Of a stretch of DNA of 64,000 nucleotides, positions 28,766-38,178 are shown piece by piece. Position numbers and translations under genes: made by a program. The stretch is from Candidatus Aenigmarchaeota archaeon LH_S7 (lineage in GTDB: Archaea > Aenigmatarchaeota > Aenigmatarchaeia > QMZS01). The stretch covers positions 15,757 through 79,756 of the forward strand of contig JAGXOL010000001.1 of the NCBI GenBank assembly GCA_023659895.1. The letters run 5' to 3'. Numbering within the stretch: position 1 is the stretch's first letter; each line of letters starts with the position of its first letter. The notes beneath the pieces were generated by a model. It made no database searches, was not told the origin of the DNA, and saw nothing but the letters and a program-made list of their open reading frames with translations.

Positions 28766-30400
28766 TCACTTCTCAAGAATGTCTATATGAATCCCTAATC
28801 TATCTTCTAATTTGTCTATCTTTTTCCCTCTCTTCCCAATCAATTTAGGGATTGCTTCTTTGCTGATATAAATTTTAACCTTGTTACTAGAAACAAATTC
28901 TATTTTAGCTCTTGGGTCATATCTTTCAATTTCCCTTAGGACTTGTTCTCTTGCTAATTTTTCCACACCTGAATCTTCTTTCTCTTTCTCCTCAATAGGT
29001 ACAACAATTGTTTCCTCCCCATAGCTGTAGATCTCATATTCCAGTTTTCCTGTTTCAAATGAGTGGACTTCAACTAGAGGACGTGCTAAATCAGCTTCCT
29101 GCATCCCTGATGGAACTCTTACCTGCAGATTCAAGGAGTAAATTTCTTTTATTTCCCCATCCTCAACAAAGATTATTGTGTCTATAATGTTTTGTAACAT
29201 TCCTAGTTCAACCTTTCTTATGAATCTTTGTATTGCATCAATAGGATGGGAAGCATGAATTACACCTATCATTCCAACCCCAGCAAGCCGTAAATCACTA
29301 AAAACCCTAAAATCATAAGAAGTGCGGATTTCATCAAAGATTGTGTAATCAGGTCTAACCAACAACAGGATGTCCGCGGTTTTACCAAAATCCTTTAGCA
29401 AAGGAGCGTATTGAGTTATTTTTTTATCCACCTGCAAGTCCCTAGGACTTTCCATAGTCTTGACTACTTTATTCTTTTTGAGATAAAATTCTGCCATAGA
29501 AGCTGCTAGAGTTGATTTTCCACTTCCAGGAGGACCTGAAATTAAAATTCCCTCTGCTTTCTTTTCAACCCTTTCTTTCAATTTATCAGAAAGTTTGTAA
29601 TCATCTAAATCTAATTTTGCAATTGGTCTTATAATAGTTATTTCTTCCACACTTGAGAAGGGGGGTCTTGTAATAGAAATTCTCATGTCCCTAATTTGCA
29701 AGACCATTGCCCCGTGTTCTTCAAACTCAACAAATCCATATTCTTCCCTTCTCGCTTCTGTTAAAATATTTCTTGACAAACTTTCAAACTCATCTTTAGT
29801 TAGTTCCTCTTTTCTTAGTTTTTCAAGTCTTATTTTACCTGGCTTACCTCTTTTTGCCAGGGGGACACAATTGACTTTGAAATGGAGGGACATTGTGTTT
29901 TCCGTTAAAAAAGGAAGGAACTCAAGTTTCTGCTTCTCCTTTTCAACTTCCAAATATTGGACTTTTATATTATATACCTCAGCCACCAATGCTTGCACAA
30001 GGTCTCTTGTATACAAAACAGCTTTGTATTTCTTTGCTACATCCCTTATCATTGAATCTATGCTACCAGATTTAGCTAACTTAATTTCCTCCATGGTGGC
30101 TTTCCTTCCAACAAACTGCACTTTTATTTTCCTGTTGTTCAATTCTTTTATTTCCTCTAACCCAAGAAATCCTATTTCCTTACCTTTGTTCGCTTGTGCT
30201 TGCAGTTCATCAACAACAACTTCAGGAATTATAACTTTTATGTTTTTCAATTCTCCGCGATCTATTAATTCTGTAAGTTTTTTGGAGATTAGTATGCTTG
30301 TGTCAGGGACTATCTTTTTTTCTTTTGTGTTTTTATTTTGTTCAGTTTTAGCACTCTCTCTACTCTTTTTCTTAGTTGTTTCTTCTTTCTTTTTAATCAT
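28766..30400 (-). CDS. PIN-domain ATPase (PINA) with C-terminal KH domain
   Basis: VPDTS PIN start, GPPGSGKST, ESPRDL, DEIR, IGKRGKKI. Confidence 0.92.
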   Translation of the reverse strand: MIKKKEETTKKKSRESAKTEQNKNTKEKKIVPDTSILISKKLTELIDRGELKNIKVIIPEVVVDELQAQANKGKEIGFLGLEEIKELNNRKIKVQFVGRKATMEEIKLAKSGSIDSMIRDVAKKYKAVLYTRDLVQALVAEVYNIKVQYLEVEKEKQKLEFLPFLTENTMSLHFKVNCVPLAKRGKPGKIRLEKLRKEELTKDEFESLSRNILTEARREEYGFVEFEEHGAMVLQIRDMRISITRPPFSSVEEITIIRPIAKLDLDDYKLSDKLKERVEKKAEGILISGPPGSGKSTLAASMAEFYLKKNKVVKTMESPRDLQVDKKITQYAPLLKDFGKTADILLLVRPDYTIFDEIRTSYDFRVFSDLRLAGVGMIGVIHASHPIDAIQRFIRKVELGMLQNIIDTIIFVEDGEIKEIYSLNLQVRVPSGMQEADLARPLVEVHSFETGKLEYEIYSYGEETIVVPIEEKEKEDSGVEKLAREQVLREIERYDPRAKIEFVSSNKVKIYISKEAIPKLIGKRGKKIDKLEDRLGIHIDILEK

Positions 30401-30470
30401 AGTCTTGATTTTGGCTAAGCTTTTCTATTAAAATAGAAAAGTTCCATAATAAATTGAATAAAATAATATT

Positions 30471-31076
30471 ATGGATTTGAGTATAGTTGAAGGGGAATAT
30501 CTTGTAAAAACTGCTAGGGAGGCAATAGATTATAATTTGAAAAATTTTTCACTTATGAAACCTTCCCCTGTAAGTTATCCTAAGCTCAAAGAGAAAAGAG
30601 GCTTATTTTGTACATTATTGAAATATCCTGATGCAGAGCTTAGGGGTTGTATAGGTTTAATAAACCCAGATACAGACTTGGTTAATGCAACCATAGAAGC
30701 AAGTTGTTCCGCAATCCGAGACCCAAGATTTTATCCTTTGAAGGAGGATGAGCTAAAAAAAGTTACTATTGAGCTAAGTATTTTAGGGGATTTTGAGAAA
30801 ATTTTAGTTTATGAACCTAGAGATTACTTGAATCAAATCAAGATAGGGAAGGATGGACTCTTTTTAAAGTACCATTTCTATAGTTCTTTGTTCCTACCTC
30901 AAGTACCTGTGGAACAAAAATGGGATACTAAAACATATCTGTCGCAGCTTTGCAAGAAAGCAGGTTTGAGAGAAGGTGCTTGGCTGGATAAAGCAATAGG
31001 ACTTTACAAGTTTAAGACTCAAAGCTTTGCTGAATCAGAACCAGGTGGAAAAATTTTTGAGAGAAAGTTAACTTAA
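30471..31076 (+). CDS. AMMECR1 domain protein
   Basis: LRGCIG, RDPRF, FLPQVPVEQ, LCKKAGL. Confidence 0.92.
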   Translation: MDLSIVEGEYLVKTAREAIDYNLKNFSLMKPSPVSYPKLKEKRGLFCTLLKYPDAELRGCIGLINPDTDLVNATIEASCSAIRDPRFYPLKEDELKKVTIELSILGDFEKILVYEPRDYLNQIKIGKDGLFLKYHFYSSLFLPQVPVEQKWDTKTYLSQLCKKAGLREGAWLDKAIGLYKFKTQSFAESEPGGKIFERKLT

Positions 31077-31118
31077 TAGAAATCAGAACAGAGAATAAAA
31101 ACAAATAAAAAGAATTTT

Positions 31119-31988
31119 ATGTTTATAGAAATAAATAAGGTAATTAAAAAAATAAAAGAAGAAGATTATAAGAGAATTCTTATTCAGGTCCCAGAGGGTT
31201 TAAAAACAGAGGTTGTAAAAATTGCCGATAAAATAGAAAAACAAACCAAGGCACAGGTTATTATATCTGTAGAGCCCTGCTATGGAGCTTGTGATTTGCG
31301 ATTGGATGAAGCTAAACTTTTAGGTTGTGATTTGATTTTGCATTTTGGACATATTGATTTTGGTGTTAAAACAGAAATTCCTGTTCTTTATATTCCAGTT
31401 TATTTTGATTTAGAAATTCCAGAGAAAGTGAAAAAAGAGATTTCTGAAATAAAGGAGAAAAATTTAGCGATTTATTCTTCAGAACCCTTTAAAAAAGTTC
31501 TTGATGATTTGGGGAATTACCTGCTAAAAATAGGGAAGAATGTTGTTTCAAAGAAGATTATTCTTGGTTGCTCAGAAGTGAAAAATTCTGCTGAGGCAAA
31601 TATTTTCGTTGGCTCTGGAAAATTCCATCCTTTTGTCTTGAGAGGAAAAACTTATTTTCTTGATTTAGAAAAAAATAGGTTGGAAGATCTGACAGGGGAA
31701 GTTAAAAAAGAAGAAATGAAAAAAAAGGCGAGAGTTTTAAAATTTAAGGAAGCAAAAAAGGTTGGAATTCTTGTTTCAACAAAACCCGGGCAGTTTTACA
31801 AGGATTATGAGATTATAAAAAAGAAGATTGAGAGGGAAGGAAAAGAAGGAAGAATCTTGGTTTTGGATGAAATTACAAATGAAAAATTGGGTAGATTTGG
31901 TTTTGATGTTTATCTAAATACAGCCTGTCCAAGAATTCTAGATAATCATTTTGACAAACCAATTGTTAATCTAAAAGATTTATTTTAA
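31119..31988 (+). CDS. dph2: Diphthamide biosynthesis radical enzyme Dph2
   Basis: QVPEGL, CYGACD, HFGH, STKPGQ, TACPRI. Confidence 0.92.
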   Translation: MFIEINKVIKKIKEEDYKRILIQVPEGLKTEVVKIADKIEKQTKAQVIISVEPCYGACDLRLDEAKLLGCDLILHFGHIDFGVKTEIPVLYIPVYFDLEIPEKVKKEISEIKEKNLAIYSSEPFKKVLDDLGNYLLKIGKNVVSKKIILGCSEVKNSAEANIFVGSGKFHPFVLRGKTYFLDLEKNRLEDLTGEVKKEEMKKKARVLKFKEAKKVGILVSTKPGQFYKDYEIIKKKIEREGKEGRILVLDEITNEKLGRFGFDVYLNTACPRILDNHFDKPIVNLKDLF

Positions 31989-31995
31989 TTATTTT

Positions 31996-32529
31996 ATGGT
32001 AACAGCAAAAGAGAAAAGGGCAAGAGAATTATTTGAGCAGAGATATAAACCAAAAGAAGTTTCTGAAATTCCTCTTGGCAAGGGAACTAAAATCTCCGAT
32101 AGCACAATTAAAGGATATTACACTGCTTGGAGAAAAGGGTATGAAAATAATTCTGAGTATAGAAAAGATTTAGCAAGAATAAAAGAGTCTGAAAATCGTT
32201 CTGAGCATAGAGACTATTTGTCGAGAGAGGAAGGGTTTAAAAGTTATTCTGAATATCGAAAATATTTAAGAGATCCATATTTTAGAGAAATTTGGGATTC
32301 AGATGGATTAGATGAGGTAGGAAGAGATAATCACTATGTTTTAATGTTAAGGTTTTCTGAGATGAAGGATAAATTAGAAAGTGAGGCAAAAGGAGTTGGA
32401 GAAATAGAGGGAACAGAAGAATACGAGAAACTAGAAGAAATTCTTCCAAAAAAAGGTAATGAAAGAATAAAATATATTGGTAAATTAAAAAGAGGAGTAG
32501 AAATCCTAAACTATCAGGGAAAAGTATAA
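31996..32529 (+). CDS. Hypothetical protein with short GxxxxSEYRxxL repeats
   Basis: GYENNSEYRKDL / ENRSEHRDYL / GFKSYSEYRKYL. Confidence 0.6.
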   Translation: MVTAKEKRARELFEQRYKPKEVSEIPLGKGTKISDSTIKGYYTAWRKGYENNSEYRKDLARIKESENRSEHRDYLSREEGFKSYSEYRKYLRDPYFREIWDSDGLDEVGRDNHYVLMLRFSEMKDKLESEAKGVGEIEGTEEYEKLEEILPKKGNERIKYIGKLKRGVEILNYQGKV

Positions 32530-32531
32530 TT

Positions 32532-32813
32532 ATGGTAACCTCGCCTCTCTCTATTTTGTTTGAAATATTTTTTGTAATTCTCTACAATACGGTCAATATA
32601 GTTATTATTGTTTTTAATTTGTTTATAAAACTGCTCTATTCCCTTAGTTTTGGTATTTCTGTTGCTGGACCTCTTGGAATAGTTCTTGCATTTGTTATTT
32701 TGATGCCTTTAACTTATTTCCTGGTAAAATTTTTCTTTGGTAGTGCAAAGATTGCTTTAATGACCCTTTCTATCTTGTTTCTATTTTTGATAATTATTTT
32801 TTTATCTGTGTAG
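32532..32813 (+). CDS. Small membrane protein
   Basis: Almost entirely hydrophobic. Confidence 0.6.
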   Translation: MVTSPLSILFEIFFVILYNTVNIVIIVFNLFIKLLYSLSFGISVAGPLGIVLAFVILMPLTYFLVKFFFGSAKIALMTLSILFLFLIIIFLSV

Positions 32814-32865
32814 GTTTGGATTATTACACTATTTATTTAAATCCTTTAAATTTGATATTGTAATT

Positions 32866-33252
32866 ATGCCGGAGTTTTTTTACAGGGGTAAAAAAGTAGA
32901 AAATTTAAGTAGAGAAGAATTTATAGAACTATTACCCTCTAGAGAGAGGAGGAAGTTTAGGAGAGGTTTGACTGAGCAGGAAACCAAATTTCTTGAAAAA
33001 CTTGAAAAATACAAGGAGCAGAAGGGAAAGAAATTTGTTAAGACCCATTGCAGGGAAATGATTGTTTTACCTGAAATGGTAGGTCACAAGGTTGGGGTTT
33101 ATAATGGTAAAGAATATATACCTATTGAAATTAATGAGTGGATGGTTGGACATTGTTTAGGTGAATTTGTTTTAACTAGGAAGGAAATCAAACACACTGC
33201 TCCAGGTATAGGAGCTTCTCGTGGTACTAAATTTGCATCAACCAGGAAATAA
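32866..33252 (+). CDS. rps19p: 30S ribosomal protein uS19
   Basis: KTHCREMIVLPEMVG, YNGKEY, GEFVLTRK. Confidence 0.96.
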   Translation: MPEFFYRGKKVENLSREEFIELLPSRERRKFRRGLTEQETKFLEKLEKYKEQKGKKFVKTHCREMIVLPEMVGHKVGVYNGKEYIPIEINEWMVGHCLGEFVLTRKEIKHTAPGIGASRGTKFASTRK

Positions 33253-33254
33253 GT

Positions 33255-33965
33255 ATGTATAGTAAGGAAGTAGGAGGGAATATAGCTAAGGCGTGCACGC
33301 ACAATGCGAGAGTTTCAGTTAAGAACGCAAAACCTGTGTGCAGAGCAGTTAGAGGAATATATTTAGAAAGAGCAAAGAAGTTTCTGGAAGATGTTGTTAA
33401 ACAAAGAAGGAACATTGGAGGAAAATATTACACCAAATCCACAACAGAAATATTGAACTTAATAAAAAGTGCTGAAAAAAATGCGGAGTTCAAGAATCTT
33501 GATTTAAAAAATGTTTACATTGCTCACATCTCTGCCTTGGATGGGACAAGGATGTTAAGAAGAAGACACAAGAATAGTTTAGGGATGAAGTTGAAAACCG
33601 CAAATTTGGAAATTATCTTGAAGGAGAAAGGTGGTTTGGAGAGAGTAGAGAAAACAGAGAAAACAAAGAAAGATAAGATAAAGGAACAAGTTAAAAAGGC
33701 AGAATCAGAAAAGAGCAAAACTAAGGAGGAAGAAAAAGTTAAAAAAGAAGTGAAACCTGAACAAAAGGCACAAGAAAAGAAAGAAGCTGAGCAAGAACTA
33801 AAAAAACAGGAAAAGGAAGAAGAGGAAACTGAACAAAAAGAGAAACAGGAAAAAACAGAAACTAAAAAGGGAAAAGAAGGACAAAAACAAGAAACAAAAA
33901 AGGAAACTGAAAAGACAGAGGAGAAAAAAGAAAAAGCTAAAAAGGAAGCTGAAATAAAGGAATAA
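33255..33965 (+). CDS. rpl22: 50S ribosomal protein uL22 with long Lys/Glu-rich tail
   Basis: VSVKNAKPVCRAVRG, SAEKNAEFKNLD; follows uS19. Confidence 0.9.
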   Translation: MYSKEVGGNIAKACTHNARVSVKNAKPVCRAVRGIYLERAKKFLEDVVKQRRNIGGKYYTKSTTEILNLIKSAEKNAEFKNLDLKNVYIAHISALDGTRMLRRRHKNSLGMKLKTANLEIILKEKGGLERVEKTEKTKKDKIKEQVKKAESEKSKTKEEEKVKKEVKPEQKAQEKKEAEQELKKQEKEEEETEQKEKQEKTETKKGKEGQKQETKKETEKTEEKKEKAKKEAEIKE

Positions 33966-33994
33966 GCGGAAAATCTATATCTAAATCATAATTC

Positions 33995-34387
33995 CTAATG
34001 ATTTGACAGGATTAGGACTGATGTACCGTAAAGAGCATTCTTAAAATTATTCAACCCTAAATCCTGTTCTTGTTCATTCCCTCCTTTTATTAACTTCCTT
34101 GAATCAGCAAATTTAAAAACTAAATCTTTATATCTTGTATTATCTGGAATAGAAGCCAAATAATATCTATATTCATGTCTTTTTTCATTATTTAAATATT
34201 CTATAAAAAAATTTCCCATATCTTGGCTAGTCCTATCATCAACTTCTCCAAAAGCTTTATAAGCAGCATAAGCTTCTGCAATAGTAGAGTCACTAATCAA
34301 TTCTTTTCTCTCCATGGAATAGACAGATTTAAGACTTGTGTAACACTTCAACAATGATTCCTTAGCTTCCTCCTCAAAATTTACCAT
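33995..34387 (-). CDS. Hypothetical protein
   Basis: 130-aa ORF. Confidence 0.55.
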   Translation of the reverse strand: MVNFEEEAKESLLKCYTSLKSVYSMERKELISDSTIAEAYAAYKAFGEVDDRTSQDMGNFFIEYLNNEKRHEYRYYLASIPDNTRYKDLVFKFADSRKLIKGGNEQEQDLGLNNFKNALYGTSVLILSNH

Positions 34388-34501
34388 AATTTATAAATCT
34401 AATTAATATTAATAGCTTTCTATAAAATTAGTTAGACCCTTTTTGGAACTTCCTTTGTTTCTTTAGTTTTAATTTGTAGTTATCTCTTGTCCTTCTTTTA
34501 T

Positions 34502-35688
34502 AATTAAAAAAGGCAAGAAAACTCCCAAATCGTGTAGAGGATTTGCCCTTAAATAATTTAAAAACATAATTAAATATGGTCTGTGTTAGAAAAACGATTA
34601 AATGCAAGATAATAAAGCCAACAGAGTTAAAGTTGAATCAATTAAACAAAGAAAATAACAATATTCAAGAACTGCTACAATTAGAAAAATTTGGTTTAGA
34701 TTTTCTACCTATTTACAATTCTCTTAAAAAGAAGGTTTATTCTGCAAATATACAACAAGCCTTAAGATTTTATAAAAAGATTAAATTAGATAAAGAATAT
34801 CCAATATCCTTTAGAAAAGATTTGTTAGAGATTAGGAAAACAGATAACAAACTTTCAGAGTATTGGGTTAAAATACCTACTAAACAAAGAAAAGGTGGAC
34901 TAAAGTTAGCAATTAAATCACAACCTTTTCTCTTTGAAGATTATGAGATTTGTGAATCTAAATTATTTAAAAAGAAAAATAATTGGTTTTTAAACCTAAC
35001 AGTTCAAAAAGAAGTTGAACTGAATAATACTTATTCCTCTGTTCTCGGTCTTGATTTGGGACAGAAGTATATGGGAGTATCGGTGATGCAACCATCTGCT
35101 TTAATGACTCCTAAATTCTACGGCAAAGAAGTCAGAGGAATAAGAAGAAAATACGACTATATTAGAAAGCAACTTGGTGAAAAGAAACTGCTTAAAGAAA
35201 TAAAAAGGTTTGGACAGAAGGAGCAAAGAAAAGTAACTGATTGTCTCCATAAAATCTCTAATGAAATAGTAGATTTGGCTCTAACCAGTAATTCTACTAT
35301 TGTTGTTGGAGACCTGAAAGGGATTAGAAAATCAGCGAAAGGCAGAAACTTCAATAGAATAATCTCAAATATGCCTTATTATCAATTAACACAAATGCTC
35401 GAATACAAAGCAAATTGGAGTGGGATAAGAGTGGTTAAAGTGAATGAAAGGGGAACAAGTCATACTTGTTGTAAATGTAGTTCTAAAGGTTCAAGACCAA
35501 AACAAGGAGTTTTCAATTGTTCTGTTTGTGGACTAAAAGACTACAATGCTGACATAAATGGTGCTACTAATATAGGTAATAAAGTGTCTTCTGGGTATAT
35601 CTTGGAAGATGGGGCAACATTGACTTTGCCCGAAACTGGTGCAATATGACATCAGAATCTCTTGACTTTAGTGATGGGAGAGGGTCAA
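34502..35688 (+). mobile_element. IS200/IS605-family solo-tnpB element, copy 2
   Basis: Ends homologous to copy 1; right end GAAT-hairpin-TCAA overlapping the secE stop codon. Confidence 0.85.
34576..35649 (+). CDS. tnpB: TnpB RNA-guided endonuclease (rearranged RuvC-II)
   Basis: Close paralog of 22466-23590 with the same catalytic and Zn motifs. Confidence 0.92.
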   Translation: MVCVRKTIKCKIIKPTELKLNQLNKENNNIQELLQLEKFGLDFLPIYNSLKKKVYSANIQQALRFYKKIKLDKEYPISFRKDLLEIRKTDNKLSEYWVKIPTKQRKGGLKLAIKSQPFLFEDYEICESKLFKKKNNWFLNLTVQKEVELNNTYSSVLGLDLGQKYMGVSVMQPSALMTPKFYGKEVRGIRRKYDYIRKQLGEKKLLKEIKRFGQKEQRKVTDCLHKISNEIVDLALTSNSTIVVGDLKGIRKSAKGRNFNRIISNMPYYQLTQMLEYKANWSGIRVVKVNERGTSHTCCKCSSKGSRPKQGVFNCSVCGLKDYNADINGATNIGNKVSSGYILEDGATLTLPETGAI

Positions 35689-35867
35689 ATTCCGAGAGGA
35701 GCAAGTAAGGTAAACACTGTATAAATTATAAACCCGAATACACCAAGAACTAATACACCCAAAGCTATGACTTTAGAATAATCTCTATATTCTTGCTTAT
35801 CTGGTTTTGAAGCTATAGTCATGATTCTCTTGGATTGATTCAAAAATGATTTTACTCTCTTCAACAT
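35685..35867 (-). CDS. secE: Protein translocase SecE / Sec61gamma
   Basis: RIMTIASKPDKQEY plus TM with GVFGFII. Confidence 0.92.
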   Translation of the reverse strand: MLKRVKSFLNQSKRIMTIASKPDKQEYRDYSKVIALGVLVLGVFGFIIYTVFTLLAPLGI

Positions 35868-35893
35868 TATTAATTTTTGATTTAAATTTAAAT

Positions 35894-36343
35894 ATGGATT
35901 GGACAGATTTTCAAATTCTTTATTGGTTCTTTAGGAAAGCAAATACTGTATTATATCTGGGCAATATTGACCTCTTGAATTTCACCCTTAAGAACGCTGA
36001 AAAGGTTTATTTTGTTTCCCCTGAAAAAATTGAATTGGAGAAGCATAATCTAAAAAAATTTGAGGAAAACCCAGAATATATGGACTTATCTCTATTGCCA
36101 AAAAAAGTTGATAGGATAATAAACCTTTTACCTTTAAATGTTGTTACAAGTTTTAAAATAATGGGTCGTTTTTTAAATTTACTTGAAAAAGATATGAAAT
36201 TTTTGGTTCAACTAGAAATACCAAAGAAACAGGATAAGTATTCAAACTTGATTTTCCAGGATTTATTACCAAAATTAAATGCTGCTCAGATTTCTTATGT
36301 TGAGATAGAAGATACCAATTATTTAATTGGGAAGAAATTATAA
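35894..36343 (+). CDS. Hypothetical protein (possibly degenerate Rossmann/methyltransferase fold)
   Basis: VLYLG...VDRIINLLP pattern only. Confidence 0.5.
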   Translation: MDWTDFQILYWFFRKANTVLYLGNIDLLNFTLKNAEKVYFVSPEKIELEKHNLKKFEENPEYMDLSLLPKKVDRIINLLPLNVVTSFKIMGRFLNLLEKDMKFLVQLEIPKKQDKYSNLIFQDLLPKLNAAQISYVEIEDTNYLIGKKL

Positions 36344-36344
36344 T

Positions 36345-37340
36345 ATGGTTTCTATTAATGAACTTGATAATATTGTGGAGAAATTAAGGTCTTTGGAAGC
36401 AGAGAAGAAAAAGCTTGCAGATTTATTAAGAAAGATTGAAAAACTTTATTTTAAAATTTCTCCTGGAGACCTGAAAAATCTGAAGATTGGAGGGGAAGAT
36501 GGTGGATTAACAAAGAAATCCTCTCATTTAATGGATTTTGTTTTTTTGCGTGCAGTTGCTGTAGTTTTTAAGTATAACGGAGGAAAATTAGAGGATGTTG
36601 TTTATCACCCAAGAACAAATCCCACCCCTGAGATAACCTATTCTCCGGAATCCCTTTCAGATATTGAATTTAGAATATTTTGGAGTTTGCAGAGAATGAA
36701 GAAGGAAGTTAAGTTGAGTATAGATGCAATAAAAAAGCATTCTCCTGAATTGTTCTTGATGGATGGGAGCTTGATGATTAATCCAGGGGATGTCCCAAAA
36801 AAAGATAGTTCTGTTTATTCAGATTACCAGGAGCTGAAAAAATTGTTGAAAGAGTTGTATGAGGTAGGTAAAGAAAAAAATTGTATGATTGCTGGTGTTG
36901 TTGAGGACTCCCGTAGCTCTGTTTTTTGTGATTATGTAAGCAAGAATATTCTTGATGAAATTGAGAATTCGAAAGTACCTGATTTGAAAAATTTGTTAAA
37001 GAGGACAAGGGACACCAATTTATTATATTACATGTTGGAAAAAGGTGAAAGAACAATTACAGTTGATTTGGAAGATGGTGTGAAATGTTTTTATTTGAAA
37101 ACTGCTGAGTATGACAGACCTATCAGGATTGAGTTTTTGGAGAAAGAGAAGGAAATAGGAGAAATTGTTTATGCTATTTCCTCGCAAAACCAATTTTATG
37201 GTTTACCAAATGTTTTGATAGAGGCAGACCAGAGAGCAAAATTGTCAGAAAATGATACAGATTATTACACAAATCTGATTGCTTCCAAATTAGGGATTCA
37301 AAATATTTTCTTTTTGAGGAGGGATAATCGGCCGTTTTAA
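36345..37340 (+). CDS. nurA: NurA 5'-3' nuclease
   Basis: GEDGG, LMDGSL, GVVEDS, YGLPNVLIEADQRAK. Confidence 0.88.
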   Translation: MVSINELDNIVEKLRSLEAEKKKLADLLRKIEKLYFKISPGDLKNLKIGGEDGGLTKKSSHLMDFVFLRAVAVVFKYNGGKLEDVVYHPRTNPTPEITYSPESLSDIEFRIFWSLQRMKKEVKLSIDAIKKHSPELFLMDGSLMINPGDVPKKDSSVYSDYQELKKLLKELYEVGKEKNCMIAGVVEDSRSSVFCDYVSKNILDEIENSKVPDLKNLLKRTRDTNLLYYMLEKGERTITVDLEDGVKCFYLKTAEYDRPIRIEFLEKEKEIGEIVYAISSQNQFYGLPNVLIEADQRAKLSENDTDYYTNLIASKLGIQNIFFLRRDNRPF

Positions 37341-37371
37341 TTTTTGGGTTATTACACAGTTATAATCTGTT

Positions 37372-37980
37372 TTGGATTTATATAATTTAAATACTTATTT
37401 ATTAGTAGTGGAAGATGAAAGAAACATATTTAAAAAAACAAAAGAAGATTTAAATGGAATATCCACAGAAATATCAGAATATGAAAATTTTATTGAAACT
37501 TTGAGAGAAGATGCCGATGGATCTCTTTCGAAAATTTATAGACTACCAGATAGCAAAAGATATAGATGCCATGAAGTTGCAAGACTTTTAAAAGATTATC
37601 TGGAAAAGCAGGGATATGAAGACCTTATAGTAAAAGATGGTATAGTTGAATATTCCCCTAAATTTTTGGTGGAAAAATATTTTCAAAAAGACTCTGAACT
37701 GACATATTTATTAGAAGAGCAGGCTCTTGAAGAAGATCAAAATAAAAAAAGTACCGGAAAAATTATTCACTCATGGATTGAGCAGGAAGATATTGTAATA
37801 GACTATCACCCTATTCTTGAAATCTCTCAAGATATATCGGCAAAGGAGGCTCTAATAGTAGAAGAAAAAAAGAAACTTGCGGGTAAGGCATATTATAATC
37901 CCTGTGGAAAGGAATTTGAAATATTTGGAAAGGGCTTTATATGGGTCTATCCCTTCAATTTTATTAAACTTGAAATGTAA
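37372..37980 (+). CDS. Hypothetical protein (possible transglutaminase-like Cys-His-Asp triad)
   Basis: RCHEVA...HSWIE...IVID; start uncertain. Confidence 0.55.
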   Translation: MDLYNLNTYLLVVEDERNIFKKTKEDLNGISTEISEYENFIETLREDADGSLSKIYRLPDSKRYRCHEVARLLKDYLEKQGYEDLIVKDGIVEYSPKFLVEKYFQKDSELTYLLEEQALEEDQNKKSTGKIIHSWIEQEDIVIDYHPILEISQDISAKEALIVEEKKKLAGKAYYNPCGKEFEIFGKGFIWVYPFNFIKLEM

Positions 37981-38178
37981 ACATTTATTATCTACTAAAA
38001 CTATAACACTGTAATAATCCATTTATTCCAAGTTAACTTAATCTTACTTGATCGTTTATATGAATTAGCTAAAAAGAAAAATAGTTTGAAAATAAAGAGT
38101 GTAAATATCTTAAAAAAATGGGGACAAGTTTTATTGTTTTTATAAAATCAGAGATGAAGAGCTGGAAGATATTTATTA

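Noticed and set aside
29685-30431. 248-aa + strand ORF and similar F/S/L-rich ORFs (2430, 26890, 58095 etc.)
   Set aside because: Antisense shadows of Lys/Glu-rich genes
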